Below are positions 29,803 through 42,824 of a DNA stretch of 64,000 nt, in pieces. This DNA is from Eledone cirrhosa. Its lineage: Eukaryota. The stretch is from positions 333,870,001 through 333,934,000 of the forward strand of contig OZ024742.1 of assembly GCA_964016885.1 (NCBI GenBank). Direction: 5' to 3'. Below the pieces are notes generated by a model. It made no database searches. It saw only the letters and a list, made by a program, of their open reading frames with translations, and was not told the DNA's origin. The position numbers were made by a program, and so were the translations under genes. How positions within the stretch are numbered: position 1 is the stretch's first letter; the number at the start of each line of letters is the position of its first letter.

Positions 29803-30118
29803 TATATCACAGAAAAAAAGAGAATCAGTGTTGCGAGTAATGAAATTTATTTTGGACGTTCGACGTATTACAATCGTTTCTCTAACGACCAGATTGAGGC
29901 ACGATCGATGTGATGACCGAACCTGACTCTGAAAATCGCAAGGTCCTCAGTTACGTATTGATTCTACGAAGCAGATTTTCCTAATTAGGAAACGATTGTA
30001 ATGTGTCCAATAAATTCCATTCGTCGCAACACTGATTCTCTTTTTTTCTGTGATATCATACTCTCCTCTATGAGAGCATCAAGTGCATACGGACGCTTTA
30101 AGCATCCAACACCAATTA
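29803..30118 (+). mobile_element. Imperfect fold-back element with hammerhead 3' half
   Basis: About 29803-29885 inverted, with divergence, at about 29985-30056; GAAACGATTGTA then AATAAA. Confidence 0.55.
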
Positions 30119-30152
30119 TATATATATATATATATGTATAATACCACAAATG

Positions 30153-30271
<119 letters not shown>

Positions 30272-30547
30272 TGTGTGTCAGTATGTCTAAAACTATGAAA
30301 CACCTAGATCGGAACCTAGATACTTCAAGAACAAACACAAAATAATCACCAAATCTCATAATATACTCAAAAAGCAGTACAAACGATAAACTAAATATCC
30401 AAATGATAAAACCATCGAATACCAAACTTTTATCTTATACACTCAGTAAAACAAAGCTAAATATAAATTAAATGTATATACTAAATTCAAGTCATCATTA
30501 ATAATTCCTACGTCAGACATATACACCATCTCTCCACCCCCCCTCTC

Positions 30548-30634
<87 letters not shown>

Positions 30635-30636
<2 letters not shown>

Positions 30637-30848
30637 CATGGGTGTGTATGATTGTGTATAGAAGATTATATTAATAAAAGGAATTCCAACTTTGTCTGAT
30701 TTACTCGTTTTATTTACAATCCTTTAAAATTATAGTGATATTATAATGAAATAGTGTGGTAGAATGTTAAGTGTTAATTGAACAAGTACTTTCATGCTTT
30801 CGCAATCTTCAGGTTTAAATTCTGTGGTGGCAGTCAAGTTTGCAATTA
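30635..30848 (-). mobile_element. Short HHR-bearing element between TA tracts (same family as 43080-43500)
   Basis: Homologous to 43080-43265 and, inverted, to 43278-43500. Confidence 0.8.
30779..30818 (-). ncRNA. Type I minimal hammerhead, CUU triplet
   Basis: AAC-CTGAAGA-t-TGC gaaa GCA-t-GAA-AGTACT-T-GTT; GNRA-capped stem II, palindromic stem III. Confidence 0.75.
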
Positions 30849-30936
<88 letters not shown>

Positions 30937-31169
30937 ACGCGCGTGTGTGTGTGTGTGTATGTCTGTGTGTGTGTGTAGATTTCTTAGTTGTGTCGAGGGT
31001 TATAGTAAATAAAATGGGTACGCAATACCTTGGTAGAATATTGGCATCTTTATTATATACGTAAAAATGACTTCTATATGATTAACACTGTTTCATGTGC
31101 GTATTTAATCATTTCATATATATATGTGTGTGTGTGAGTGTGTCTGTGTATGTGTGTGTATGTGCGTGA

Positions 31170-31201
<32 letters not shown>

Positions 31202-31539
31202 GCGCGTGTGTCTGTTCATATTACCCATTACCTAGAACCTCGACAAAAAGGGATCAATAAAATCAGTGCTAGACTTCAAAAAAAAAAAAATATGGAATGG
31301 ATTCTATAGATTGAACTAGAGGATGCCCCGCCATGCTTACAATCTGATGAATAAATAGAAAGATTTTCTGTAAAAGTGACTTTGGATTGGAAGCACAAAA
31401 ATGAAGGATAAAACAATTACATAAATAAAAAAATAGTTATATATACATATATATTTATATAAGTATGTAAAAGGCAAACAGAAATAACAACACTACCGGT
31501 ATAGTATATGGAAGGGATATATTATATTAGGTTAACGCT

Positions 31540-31606
<67 letters not shown>

Positions 31607-31611
<5 letters not shown>

Positions 31612-32330
31612 TGAAACAAAATGAAAACGAAATTTCATTTCTCACTCTTAGTATGGCACTTACTTAAATGTAAGTATGCATGTATACGTACATACATATA
31701 TGTATACAGACGTACAGTAGCATGCACATATATATATATATATACATATATACATACATATGCATACAGGTACACATACATATATGCACGTATCAGTTTA
31801 GCGGCGCTTATTATAACGTCGCTTTGTTCGTTTGTAAACAAACTGAACAGACTGAATTTATGCCATACGGTGTTAAGGCAACCACGTCACCCTTCTGTTC
31901 AACACTGACACAGGAACGATGTACTAGTTTCAAGCTTGTTAGCTATCATCAGCACCGTTTACCCATCTGCCAGATAGTTGAACGTTCGAAAGTATATACT
32001 TTCCTTATGAAAATTAACGGCTGAGCAGCCTAATTTGCATATTGAGTGAGTTAAATCGGTCAGGCATACCGAAAACGATAAATTGAAACAAAATGAAAAC
32101 GAAATTTCATTTCTCACTCTTAGTATGGCACTTACTTAAATGTAAGTATGCATGTATACGTACATACATATATGTATACAGACGAACAGTAGCATGCACA
32201 TATATATATATATATACATATATACATACATATGCATACAGGTACACATACATATATGCACGTATCAGTTTAGCGGCGCTTATTATAACGTCGCTTTGTT
32301 CGTTTGTAAACAAACTGAACAGCCTGAATT
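31607..32330 (-). repeat. Second locus of the 476-bp HHR family (1.5 units, 472-bp period); HHR at 31915-31959
   Basis: Near-identical to 18330-18800 with a TTATTA insertion; both ends abut (TA)n. Confidence 0.9.
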
Positions 32331-32336
32331 TATATA

Positions 32337-32374
<38 letters not shown>

Positions 32375-32934
32375 CATATGTATATTGATATTGATGTATA
32401 TGCGTGTGGATATATAAAGGAAATCAGGCATGAAACAAACGTGGGTCATGTTATTTCGTCTATTATGTGGTGTAGTTTTTTTTTTAATTCTTCCTCTTTT
32501 AGCTACGATATCCTATTTATTTAAAATCTAGGTTTGCATTAATTCTATATAAACACATTCTGATTGCCATTGCTGGGTTATTATCGTTTTCTTATTCTTA
32601 TTTTCAGACCCCAGTGGGCAGAATGTTTCTATAATATAGATTTTTTTTTCACCTCATCATTTATAACTGCTTGGTCTCCCGTAGTTTACTGCAGGCCAAG
32701 AATTTTCGGTCAATTAAGCATGAGTAGACGCAAAAAATTTAACTAAGAAAACAGCATCAATCATATAGAAGAAAAAAATAACATATAAATAGATATATTG
32801 ACGATCAAAATTACACATCACCTTGATGATGTATTCTATATCCACAAAACTATTTTGAGGTGGAATATAAGTTAGAATAGGCATTTATAACTACAATTTA
32901 AACACACAAATACAAACACTCGTGTACTCAAAAA

Positions 32935-33215
32935 TGTATGTGTATGTTTGTATGTATATATATATATGTATGTATGTATGTTTTATGTATGCATGTATGT
33001 CTGTCTGTTTATATGTATGTATGTATGTATATATGTATGTATGTATATATGTATGTATGTTTTTATGTATGCATATATGTCTGTCTATATATATATGTAT
33101 GTATGTATATATGTATGTATGTTTTTATGTATGCATGTATGTCTGTCTGTCTATATGTATGTAAGTCCGTATGTGCGCATATGTATGTAATTATTGATAT
33201 ATACCTGTATGTATA
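32935..33215. repeat. (TATG)n degenerate microsatellite
   Basis: Direct reading. Confidence 0.9.
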
Positions 33216-33363
33216 ACTGTATGTACCGATGAACGTTGATTGATGTCTACATACGAAAGTGAATGATTGTTCGCTTCTGTAGATATGTGGATACTTTGGT
33301 TTTTTTTCATTTGAATGTGTTTGTATAAGACTTTTATTTAATCACTTCATCTATCTACCTATC

Positions 33364-33409
<46 letters not shown>

Positions 33410-33465
33410 CCTATCTCTCTCTCTATCTCCCTCAGTCAGCAAACACACACACAAACAAGCATACG

Positions 33466-33518
<53 letters not shown>

Positions 33519-33930
33519 GCATATATATATATTGTTTGCGTGTGTGTGTGTGTGTGTATGTGTGTATAGAAACTATAGACGTATAGATATACAGAGTAAT
33601 GTAGATATATTTTGAAGCAATAAACGTTCATTAGATAAACTATATGTAATTTTTATTCAAAGCATTACTCTTCTACTCAATGAATATTTTGAAAACAAAT
33701 GGAAACCTTGCAAATGAAGTGATATATATGTATTGATGTGTGTATAAATTGATGTATATATATATAGAGATATATATATATATATGCATGAATGTATGTA
33801 TGTAAGTATGTGGGTAGATAAGTAGGTATGAATGTATGTAATATATATATTTATAATGTAGATGCATCATATATATTTCATATTGTTCAGGTTTCTGTAT
33901 AACACAACTCTACTGTTAATATTTTTGTAT

Positions 33931-34102
33931 GGCAGTTTCGGTAGAGAGTCGGACATGTTTTGCAGCATAGTTACGTCCCTTTACGATCTGGATTCAAATC
34001 CCCCCCGAGGTTAACTTTGCCTTTCATCCTTACGGGGTCGATAAAATAAAGTACCAGTAATGTACTGGATAATTGCTGGCCTTGTGCCAAAAGTAGAAAC
34101 AA
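33931..34102 (+). mobile_element. tRNA-derived SINE
   Basis: Degenerate A box (GGCAGTTTCGGTAG), B box GATTCAAATCC, body shared with 23370; tail GGCCTTGTGCCAAAAGTAGAAACAA also inverted near 17148-17180. Confidence 0.75.
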
Positions 34103-34589
34103 ATACTTTTGTATATAACTTTGTTTTATGGGGTGAGGTATAAAATATTGCATGGTAAGCCTTGCTGAGTGGGTTCTAGTTAAATGACTATTTTAACTGT
34201 TGGTTTCATGAAGTTTATATCTGACATATATGGAGTATAATTTCTGAATCGGTTTCGTCAATTTTATTTCTTGTGGTTTGTATAATGAGGAGATTTTTTT
34301 AATTTTTAGATTGTGTATATATTATTAGATGGTTTAGTGTTATACACTTTTTGATAAGGTTTAGTTAAGCTTTTCCTTGTGTGTTCGTATCTCCTGAAGA
34401 ATATGGCGTACTTATTTTGTGTATAATAGCTATGTTGTCTGAAGGATATGTATCATTATATATATAGTGTTGTGTCCCAATATGACTTCGGATATTTTGC
34501 TGGAACAGGTAGAATAATAAATGGGTAATATATATATATATATATATATATATGATAATAATGGAGCTGCGCGTTGCAAATGGGATACA

Positions 34590-35181
34590 TATGAAAAAGT
34601 AAGTCCTTCATCAGTGACCCTGCAACCGTCCCAGGCATTTTATCGCTTTAAGGGCCATATACCTCAGGTTGGTGCGAACAACGGCTAAAAAAAGTCGTTG
34701 GGACACGTAACTAAAGGGGACGTTAGGGTGAACAAACAAAATGGTTTAAGCAACAATAAGTGAGAAGAAAGAGACAAGTCCCAGATTTCTATGAATATAA
34801 ACTCGGGGAAATCGTGAACAAGAGACAAAAGACCATCAAACCTGGTTGAAATGTGAGCAAGGAAGGAATTTCGCACAGGTCTAACGGGGGGAAGAAGAAG
34901 GGGTCTGGTCTGCGAATTCGGTAAACATAAGTTCTGTGAAGTCACAGACGAGAGAGAGAGACAGAAAAAAAAATCATACCGGCTTGGCCAAGAACGCGCG
35001 AGAAAAGAAATCGGACAGGTCACTGTTGCTTAAACCATTTTGTTTGTTCACCCTAACGTCCCCTTTAGTTACGTGTCCCAACGACTTTTTTTAGCCGTTG
35101 TTGGTACCAACCTGAGGTATATGGCCCTTAAAGCGATGAAATGCCTGGGACGGTTGGAGGGTCACTGATGAAGGACTTACT

Positions 35182-35186
<5 letters not shown>
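34590..35186. repeat. Element with about 165-bp inverted arms around a 270-bp spacer
   Basis: 34590-34755 inverted at 35024-35186; end fragment also at 37013-37070. Confidence 0.8.
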
Positions 35187-35212
<26 letters not shown>

Positions 35213-35296
35213 ACGAAGGAAATGTGGTAAGGAACCAGGTGGACCATAACGCACCAAAGTACTCAATACTTAGGGTAGTACGGGTCCCTACTCGTT

Positions 35297-35339
<43 letters not shown>

Positions 35340-35881
35340 TATTTATTAAAATAACAGATTAAAGTTTAAGCAAAGAATCGCTGCTTTCACCCTTAACGGG
35401 ATCTTCTGAAACTAACAAAGTCAATCTGTAAACGCAGAACTGGATATTTCAAAAAACGTTGCAACCGGAGGAAGACAGGAAGACGATACTTTGGTTCGTG
35501 GTAACGTTCGCTGGCAAAGAACGGGAAAAAACGAATAATACGTCATTAATAGGAGCGGTGAAAAACAATTACGCGCAAAGACAAAACTACGTTTATGGTA
35601 TAAAAGAGGTCGTAGACTAATGTTCTCTTAGGTAGTGCATAGAGACGTTCTCTGGCAATGAACGAAAAAACGAAGATAATAAGTCATATGTGGAGCGTGG
35701 AGAACAAAAGCACGCAGGAATAGAATGAAACGAAATTTCATTTCTCACTTTTAGTACGGCACTTACTTAAATGTACGTATACATACATGCATACTTACAT
35801 TTATATATATATATATATACTGTTGTGTCCCAATATGACTTCGGCCATTTTGCTGGAACAGGTAGAAACATAAAAGGGTAA

Positions 35882-35920
<39 letters not shown>

Positions 35921-35979
35921 GAAGACTCTGATACCATCAACACTATGAACACAGAGCTGGCAGATCTAAGAACTGACTA

Positions 35980-36035
35980 ACTGCCTGATGAGGTCATAGC
36001 AATTCAATGGCTATCATCGAAATATATATAGCAGT
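35980..36035 (+). ncRNA. Type I hammerhead with canonical core and (AT)4 stem III, inside a ~165-bp insert between TA tracts
   Basis: ACTGC-CTGATGA-GGTcATAGC...GCTATcATC-GAA-ATATATAT-A-GCAGT then AATAAA. Confidence 0.8.
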
Positions 36036-36080
36036 AAATAAAGCATCATGCGTTCATGTAATTGACTTATGTTTCGTCAC

Positions 36081-36113
<33 letters not shown>

Positions 36114-36139
36114 ATATATATATATAATTGTTTACATAT

Positions 36140-36705
36140 TTTCAACTGCAGCCTGAATCTCAGAAGGAGGGTGCCGTTGTATATATCGTTCAAGACCATA
36201 TTTTGACCTAAAGAGATAGCGACAAAAACTGAAACACAGCAGGTCCGGACAAACACATTAACAATACATGCATATATGCTGATTGCTACTTTTTTGTCAG
36301 AGGAGTGCCATCCCTTCATTGAACATTGCATGATCATGTGTCCGAAGGTGACTTTTCAGACCCGCTTCTGTTTTTTCAGGTTCTTTCACAGATGTGACTG
36401 AACTGCCCGCCTCATGGCAATACCATGTCTAGTCAGTCCACCAGCTGACTTGCAAATTGAGCCACACTCACTATAAACGTGCCGGAGTGTGTGTGGCGAG
36501 GAAACCATCTCACATGTGGCACAATTCCTCCCTAGCTCGTGTGATTTCAAACGGTTAGAATAAATCAGCCACATACATTGCAAATCAATGTGTATTTTTG
36601 CAGTCACTGCACGTGAGACCCGCTTATGAGGTGAACGCTTCGAAAGAGCATACTCCATACGCTTTTTTTCAAAAGCATCACATCTATATTTGATGAACGT
36701 TTTCC
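36140..36705 (-). mobile_element. Possible 3' end of an RTE-like LINE
   Basis: ECGSICKSAGGLTRH zinc-finger-like remnant; heavily decayed. Confidence 0.35.
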
Positions 36706-36708
36706 ATA

Positions 36709-36764
<56 letters not shown>

Positions 36765-36772
36765 TAAACGGA

Positions 36773-37010
<238 letters not shown>

Positions 37011-37065
37011 ATAAAGCGATGAAATGCCTGGGACGGGTGGAGGGTCACTGATGAAGGACTTACTT

Positions 37066-37216
<151 letters not shown>

Positions 37217-37224
37217 TTTATATT

Positions 37225-37259
<35 letters not shown>

Positions 37260-37273
37260 ATATATTTATATAT

Positions 37274-37508
37274 AGGAACCAGTAAGACCCCGACAGCTGA
37301 GCTCAAGCCGTTTCGACGGCTAATTCTTGACTAATTTTAGTCCAGAATTAGCCGTCGAAACGGCTTGAGCTCAGCTGTCGGGGTCTTACTGGTTCCTATT
37401 ACCCACTCTACTACCTCAAGTATTGAGTACTTTGGTGCGTTATGGTCCACCTGGTTCCTTACCACATTTCCTTCGTTATATTTATATATATATATACATA
37501 TATATATA

Positions 37509-37548
<40 letters not shown>

Positions 37549-37617
37549 TATATATATATATATATTTATTTATATATATATATATATAATAACTCGTGTG
37601 TTACACCTCTATTCGTT

Positions 37618-37673
<56 letters not shown>

Positions 37674-37872
37674 AACCAGTAAGACCCCGACAGCTGAGCT
37701 CAAGCCGTTTCGACGGCTAATTCTGGACTGAATTAGCCGTCGAATTAGCCGTCGAAACGGCTTGAGCTCAGCTGTCGGGGTCTTACTGGTTCCTATTACC
37801 CACTCTACTACTTCAAGTATTGAGTACTTTGGTGCGTTATGGTCCACCTGGTTCCTTACCACATTTCCTTCG

Positions 37873-37878
<6 letters not shown>
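37274..37878. repeat. Two fold-back copies (37274-37478, 37670-37876) of the pLTR end of the PLE family at 53711-55301
   Basis: GAAACGGCTTGAGCTCAGCTGTCGGGG in both orientations; related pieces at about 26908-26944, 35211-35300, 53711-53772, 55161-55301. Confidence 0.85.
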
Positions 37879-37930
<52 letters not shown>

Positions 37931-37935
<5 letters not shown>

Positions 37936-38376
37936 AACGAATAGAGGTGTAACACACGAGTTATTATGTATTGGGAAACGGAAAAGAAAATGCTGGCAAA
38001 TTGTTCCTAGTGAAAAATAGTTTAATTAGGAATAAGTAAAAATTAGTAAATGTATTGCTTAGTATTCAGTTTTGGTTTTAAGTTTTACCGGTTGCGCATT
38101 TCTAATGCTTTTCAAAAATAATTTTGAGATATAGCGCCCGTGATGTTTGCTCTAATCTGATTAGTTTGGGAAATTCTACCTGTTTTATGTGAAAAAAGTG
38201 GCTCCAGATGTATTAAAATAAGTTTCGCGCCAATTCGTTTTGCAAAAATTATTGTGGGCAAAACAATTTTGATTGGTCGGTAGAGGTCATGTGAATGTTA
38301 AAAATTGATTTTGCGCCAAATGTAGGTTTGTGTCGGCTGATTGAAAAGTCACTGGAAAATAAGTCTTTCAAAACAA

Positions 38377-38410
<34 letters not shown>

Positions 38411-38506
38411 TAGTAGTAGTAGTAAAGAGGTTCGTTGTTGTGATAATGGTCAGCAGTGATGTGTGTGCAAACCGCAGCCTGTTGACAGTTCAAATGCCTA
38501 TTAAGA

Positions 38507-38557
<51 letters not shown>

Positions 38558-39952
38558 CAGAGTAATTCGTGGTAGAGGGATGGTCAGTAGGAACGTGTCT
38601 GTACGTGTGTGGGGGATGTTTTAACATGTGAAAAGGTATTTTTCAGCTCTTGCCTTATACGGAGAAGTCTGTGTGTGTATGTGTATGTGTGTGTGTATGT
38701 TCTCTTTGTATGTTAATGTACGCGTGTGTATGTGTGTGTATATATGTGTGTGTGTGTGTGTGGGTGGACCAGTATTTTTGTGATACTGGTAAAAATGGTG
38801 TACATTATTCGATATTTTCAGTAAAAACGATTCTCTCAGTAGAACATCAAAAACCTTAATAATAAAACGTGTGGAATGAAATATAGTATTGGCATAATAC
38901 CAAGGTGTGTGTGAGTGTCCAGATTGTACGTACTGCAAGGGCAATCCATTAGGCCTTGCCGTATTGGAATACTTGTGTACAGATATGTATGTGCCCTTCA
39001 GTGTGCAATGCATGTGTGCGTATATGTATGTGTGTGTGTCGGCACGTTTATATCTATAGACATCAAAAGGTATGAAAATTTGTTAATATGTGTGTTGCAC
39101 CATAGAACATGTGTGTTTACGTATGTCATTGTGTTTATATGTGGATAGAGATGTATGCTGATGTAGGTATGTATGTTGACGTGTGTATGTTGTCGGTTCG
39201 TCTTAGGGAGAAGTGTTTGACGGGGTCCATATTTGTTAATAAAGTGAGATTCCTTGCTGATGCGCTGGGTGTGGGTGGCATTATCTTTAAATTTGTAGAG
39301 TGGAAAGATTCTGAAGTTGGGATGATTTTGGGCGGCACAGGTATCAATGTGTTCACTCAGTGGTATTTTCCTGTATTCCCGTATTTTAATTTGAGATCTA
39401 TGGACAGTCATGTGTTGGCGGAGGCTTTTTTGGGGCAGGCCTATGTATTGTTCTCGACAACTTGAGCAAGATAATACATATATTAGATTTTCTGATGCGC
39501 ATGTGAAATTGTGTTTTACTATAAAACGTTGTCCTTCTTTGAAATAGAATTCCGAACCCTCTATTAGGTTGATGCATATGCCACAGTTGGGTCTATCGCA
39601 TTGTTTTTACTGTGGGTTTCGTTGTTTTGGTTGGCAGTACTTTGGCATGTGTTAGGATGTTTTTCATTGACTTAGATTGTTTTTTGCTCTTTATGATATC
39701 GTGTGTTCGTAGCATTTGGTTCATTCTATGGTCCTTTTTCAACACAGGGATGTTCTGGAGGATGGTGTCAAAGGCCTCATTGTTGAGGGGGTTGTGTGTG
39801 GAGATGTATGGAAGAGCATTTAATTTCGGTTGATTTATTTTAGGGTGTCTAAGGTAGAATTTCCAAAACTAATCAGATTAGAGCAAACATCACGGGCGCT
39901 CTATCTCAAAATTATTTTTGAAAAGCATTAAAAATGCGCAACCGGTAAAAAC
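37931..39952 (-). mobile_element. 5'-truncated Neptune-type PLE (Cx4CxxC, GIY-YIG, long 3' UTR) with inverted pLTR at its 5' end
   Basis: Minus-strand translation of about 39855-39220 gives CDRPNCGIC..NFTCASENLIYVLSCSSCREQYIG..MTVHR; 39853-39952 is the reverse complement of 38083-38181. Confidence 0.85.
38083..38118 (-). ncRNA. Hammerhead variant (UUGAAAA / GCAA)
   Basis: TTT-TTGAAAA-GCATT aga AATGC-GCA-ACCGGT-A-AAA; inverted copy at 39915-39950. Confidence 0.55.
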
Positions 39953-40399
39953 CCGTCCATCTTCTCCTTGCATCTTGTCCTTGAGTTCAAGTCCGGCAGT
40001 CCAGATGAATGCGTGCCACAGCTTTCTGGTACAGGAAGGGGGAGCAGGAGGACTGGAGGGATGACGGGACAGAGGGAGGGAGGACCGGTGGTTGAGGGAG
40101 GTGCCGTAGTCGGTGGTCAGAGTCGACATCTTGTCCCGGTCGTCTTCTCCATCTTCGTCTGGTGTTGCGGGACCAGAAGTGCATTCTTGGAGGAGACCTG
40201 CAGCTGCATCGGCCAATTCTTCTTGCAATGGTCATTCTGACGGAGCAGAACTGCTCAGCCAACCAACCCCAACCAGAACCAACCGCTCAGGGGCAACGCA
40301 CAATGAGAGCATGACAATTATTATGCACTAATCAAGAAGATACTGGGGCATAGCACAGGAAACGAATAAAAAAGATTTGCCACTAATATTATTGTAAAA

Positions 40400-40535
40400 T
40401 TGTTTATTTCTTGTCCAATTCTTTAAAGTTTTATCTTAGTTTCTTGTCCTATTCTTTTAAAGTTTTATCTTAGTTTCTTGTCCTATTCTTTTAAAGTTTA
40501 TTTTAGTTTCGTGTCCTGTATTTCTAAAGCTTTAT
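40400..40535 (+). repeat. About 33-bp minisatellite, 3-4 copies
   Basis: AAAGTTTTATCTTAGTTTCTTGTCCTATTCTTTT repeated. Confidence 0.8.
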
Positions 40536-40858
40536 ATTCCAACAATATTACTTTATTTTTTTGCTGTACGCATTTTTCTATCTGGTCTACTATTTTTTAA
40601 GCAATGCAAGCAACAACTATCTAATAATTAAATGATCATAGTGAATTACTGACAAGTGATTGACATTTTAAAGTTCTTTTGAGTATAATTGCAATCTAGT
40701 TGAGGCAACTGGCTTAATGACAAAGCTAGTAAATCATGAATGCATTTGAGATGATTAGTACATAATAGTGAATTGGTGAAACTTGTGCATTTCAATGGTG
40801 TTACAACAATAGATGTAAGTTATATAGTAGTAATACTTTATCATTTTAACTTTTTAGA

Positions 40859-41218
40859 ATGGACAAAAACCCATGCAAAGAAATGACTTTGACTGCAGTG
40901 ATTCTCTCCAATTTACTTACAAAGCAAAACGTGGTCAAATACCTTATCATCTCTGATAAAATGCCCATTGAATCACTGAAAATCGGATGCATGGAATTCC
41001 TCATAAAATGCACCTATGAATCGGAAGCCATCACATATATCAATGGATACAAGGAGTTGTTCACACTAGAAGACCATCACTTCATTTGTTACTTCATCAA
41101 TTATCTCCACGATTATCTCAGACACCCAATGCCATTGATGAGAGGTGATCCAATGTGTGAGCATGTAACTAATCTTATAGAAGTTGTTATCGACCACCTG
41201 GCTTTTAGTGACATTTGA
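40859..41218 (+). CDS. Hypothetical 119-aa ORF or terminal exon, convergent with the SGNH gene
   Basis: Normal amino-acid complexity; preceded by a GTAAGT...TTTTTAG intron-like segment (40815-40857); no domain recognised. Confidence 0.35.
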   Translation: MDKNPCKEMTLTAVILSNLLTKQNVVKYLIISDKMPIESLKIGCMEFLIKCTYESEAITYINGYKELFTLEDHHFICYFINYLHDYLRHPMPLMRGDPMCEHVTNLIEVVIDHLAFSDI

Positions 41219-41362
41219 CTGATTTGACTGATAATGATGTATTTTTAAAAAGTATGTGTACATTCTTGTTACTATTTTAAATTTAAAAATGACCATTGTG
41301 CATTACTAGTATGATGACATTTTATTAAGTCCCAAAATTAGTCAGTCAGCCATAGAACAAGA

Positions 41363-42158
41363 TCAGGTGGCAAAAACATTGGCAAAAATGTGTGTCAATT
41401 TAAGATTTCCAACATTGTTCAAATGAATCATATCTGGTTTGAAGTCAGATTTGTCAAATTTTGACCAATTTTCAATGTTGTGAAGATTGGGCAAGTTCAA
41501 TTTTTGAATCATTTCTTTCATGCAGTAATTAAACTTTTCCAAACGAGAATTTCTCTTGCCCAAGTCATTTTTATTTTCAATTACACTTTGTGGACGTGGA
41601 ATGACACCACTGTAGAAAATAGGTGTACAGTGGTGCTTTTCCGCTATTTTCTGTAGCCTTGCAAAGAGACTCTTCCCTTGTTTTTCCGGTTTGGGGCCTC
41701 GAATGGGCACTTTGTCCTTAATTTACAAATAAATGATTAATAAAAAATACTTGGGCAAAAATTATTGTATTACTTTGCACAGCTTCGTAGTGCCAACGGT
41801 GCGACGAGGATTCAGATCATTAGAGCCGACATGAACCACCAATACTTTCACAAAAGGACAACAGATAACAATGTTGGCGATTAACATTACCTGGCCCTGA
41901 CGGGCTCCAGGTATACAAAATATCTAAGTATTTTTGTTGGTATGATAAGTAAATACATTTGAATTAATATTTTTATACCTTCTGGTCATTCGATTTCGCC
42001 ACATTTCTAATTATGGATTTGTAAAATCTGGCATGAATGTGAATTTGATCAGTCCAATTGCCCGATTTTAGTGAACAGTTTTGATTCGAAATGGAAATAC
42101 TCCATTTCCGTGCCATGGAAGAAATGAATAAGCCGATCAAAAAGCCGCGAAACATCAT
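41363..42158 (-). CDS. Three-exon SGNH/GDSL-type hydrolase, about 227 aa: exons 42158-41979, 41923-41774, 41716-41363
   Basis: Two phase-0 GT-AG introns (55 and 57 bp) join KSIIRNV (block I-like Ser), CIPGA (block II), VHVGSND (block III), SGVIPR and DMIHLN (block V DxxH) in one frame. Confidence 0.8.
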
Positions 42159-42696
42159 TTTTAATTAAGCGAAATTAGTGGATGCAAATCTCAGAAAATA
42201 TTGTACACTATTCGCACCTATCGCACTATTCGCACCTATCGGTACAAAAAGTCGAACGACTGTTATAATACTAGAAGTGCAAACTATCTGTTGAATACCT
42301 GGTATATGAAGAGCAACCGATACGATCGGTCGGCGATCGGTCTTGAAGAAGAATGAAGAATGAAGTGAAGTTTTCGACTGGTTGTTGTCATCGGTGTTTC
42401 GCAGAGATGCCGGCACGAACAAAGGTGTCAGTGACACAAAGTTGTCCGCTTGAACAAAGGTGTCGGTCCGACAAAGGTGTCAGTCAGACAGACAGTCAGA
42501 CAGTGTCACAGTCGGTGCAACAAAGCGATCGATACGATTAAAAAAAATTTAACTCACATGTTTACCTATATTTTCGCAAACTATTGATAGATTGGTACAA
42601 AAAATAGCTTTGATAATAAACATACATTTTTAACGAAGTATTTCAAAAGCATTTTAGCAGTGAAAAGTGAAGTAATGTTTCACACTGACGCAAGTA

Positions 42697-42824
42697 GGGC
42701 CGTTCAGAAATGACGTAGTCAATTAGAAGGAGGGGATTCGGCGATTTGACTACATTTGACTAACGTAATCACAATCACAAGCGTTCCGCCGAAAAAAAAA
42801 TCGTCATTTCTGGATTACCTCCCC
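42697..42824. mobile_element. Small MITE-like element (PIF/Harbinger-like TIRs)
   Basis: GGGCCGTTCAGAAATGACG...CGTCATTTCTGGATTACCTCCCC flanked by TA. Confidence 0.45.

Noticed and set aside
39890-40262. 112-aa acidic/proline-rich ORF as a host exon
   Set aside because: No recognisable domain or clear splice sites, and it runs into the inverted pLTR
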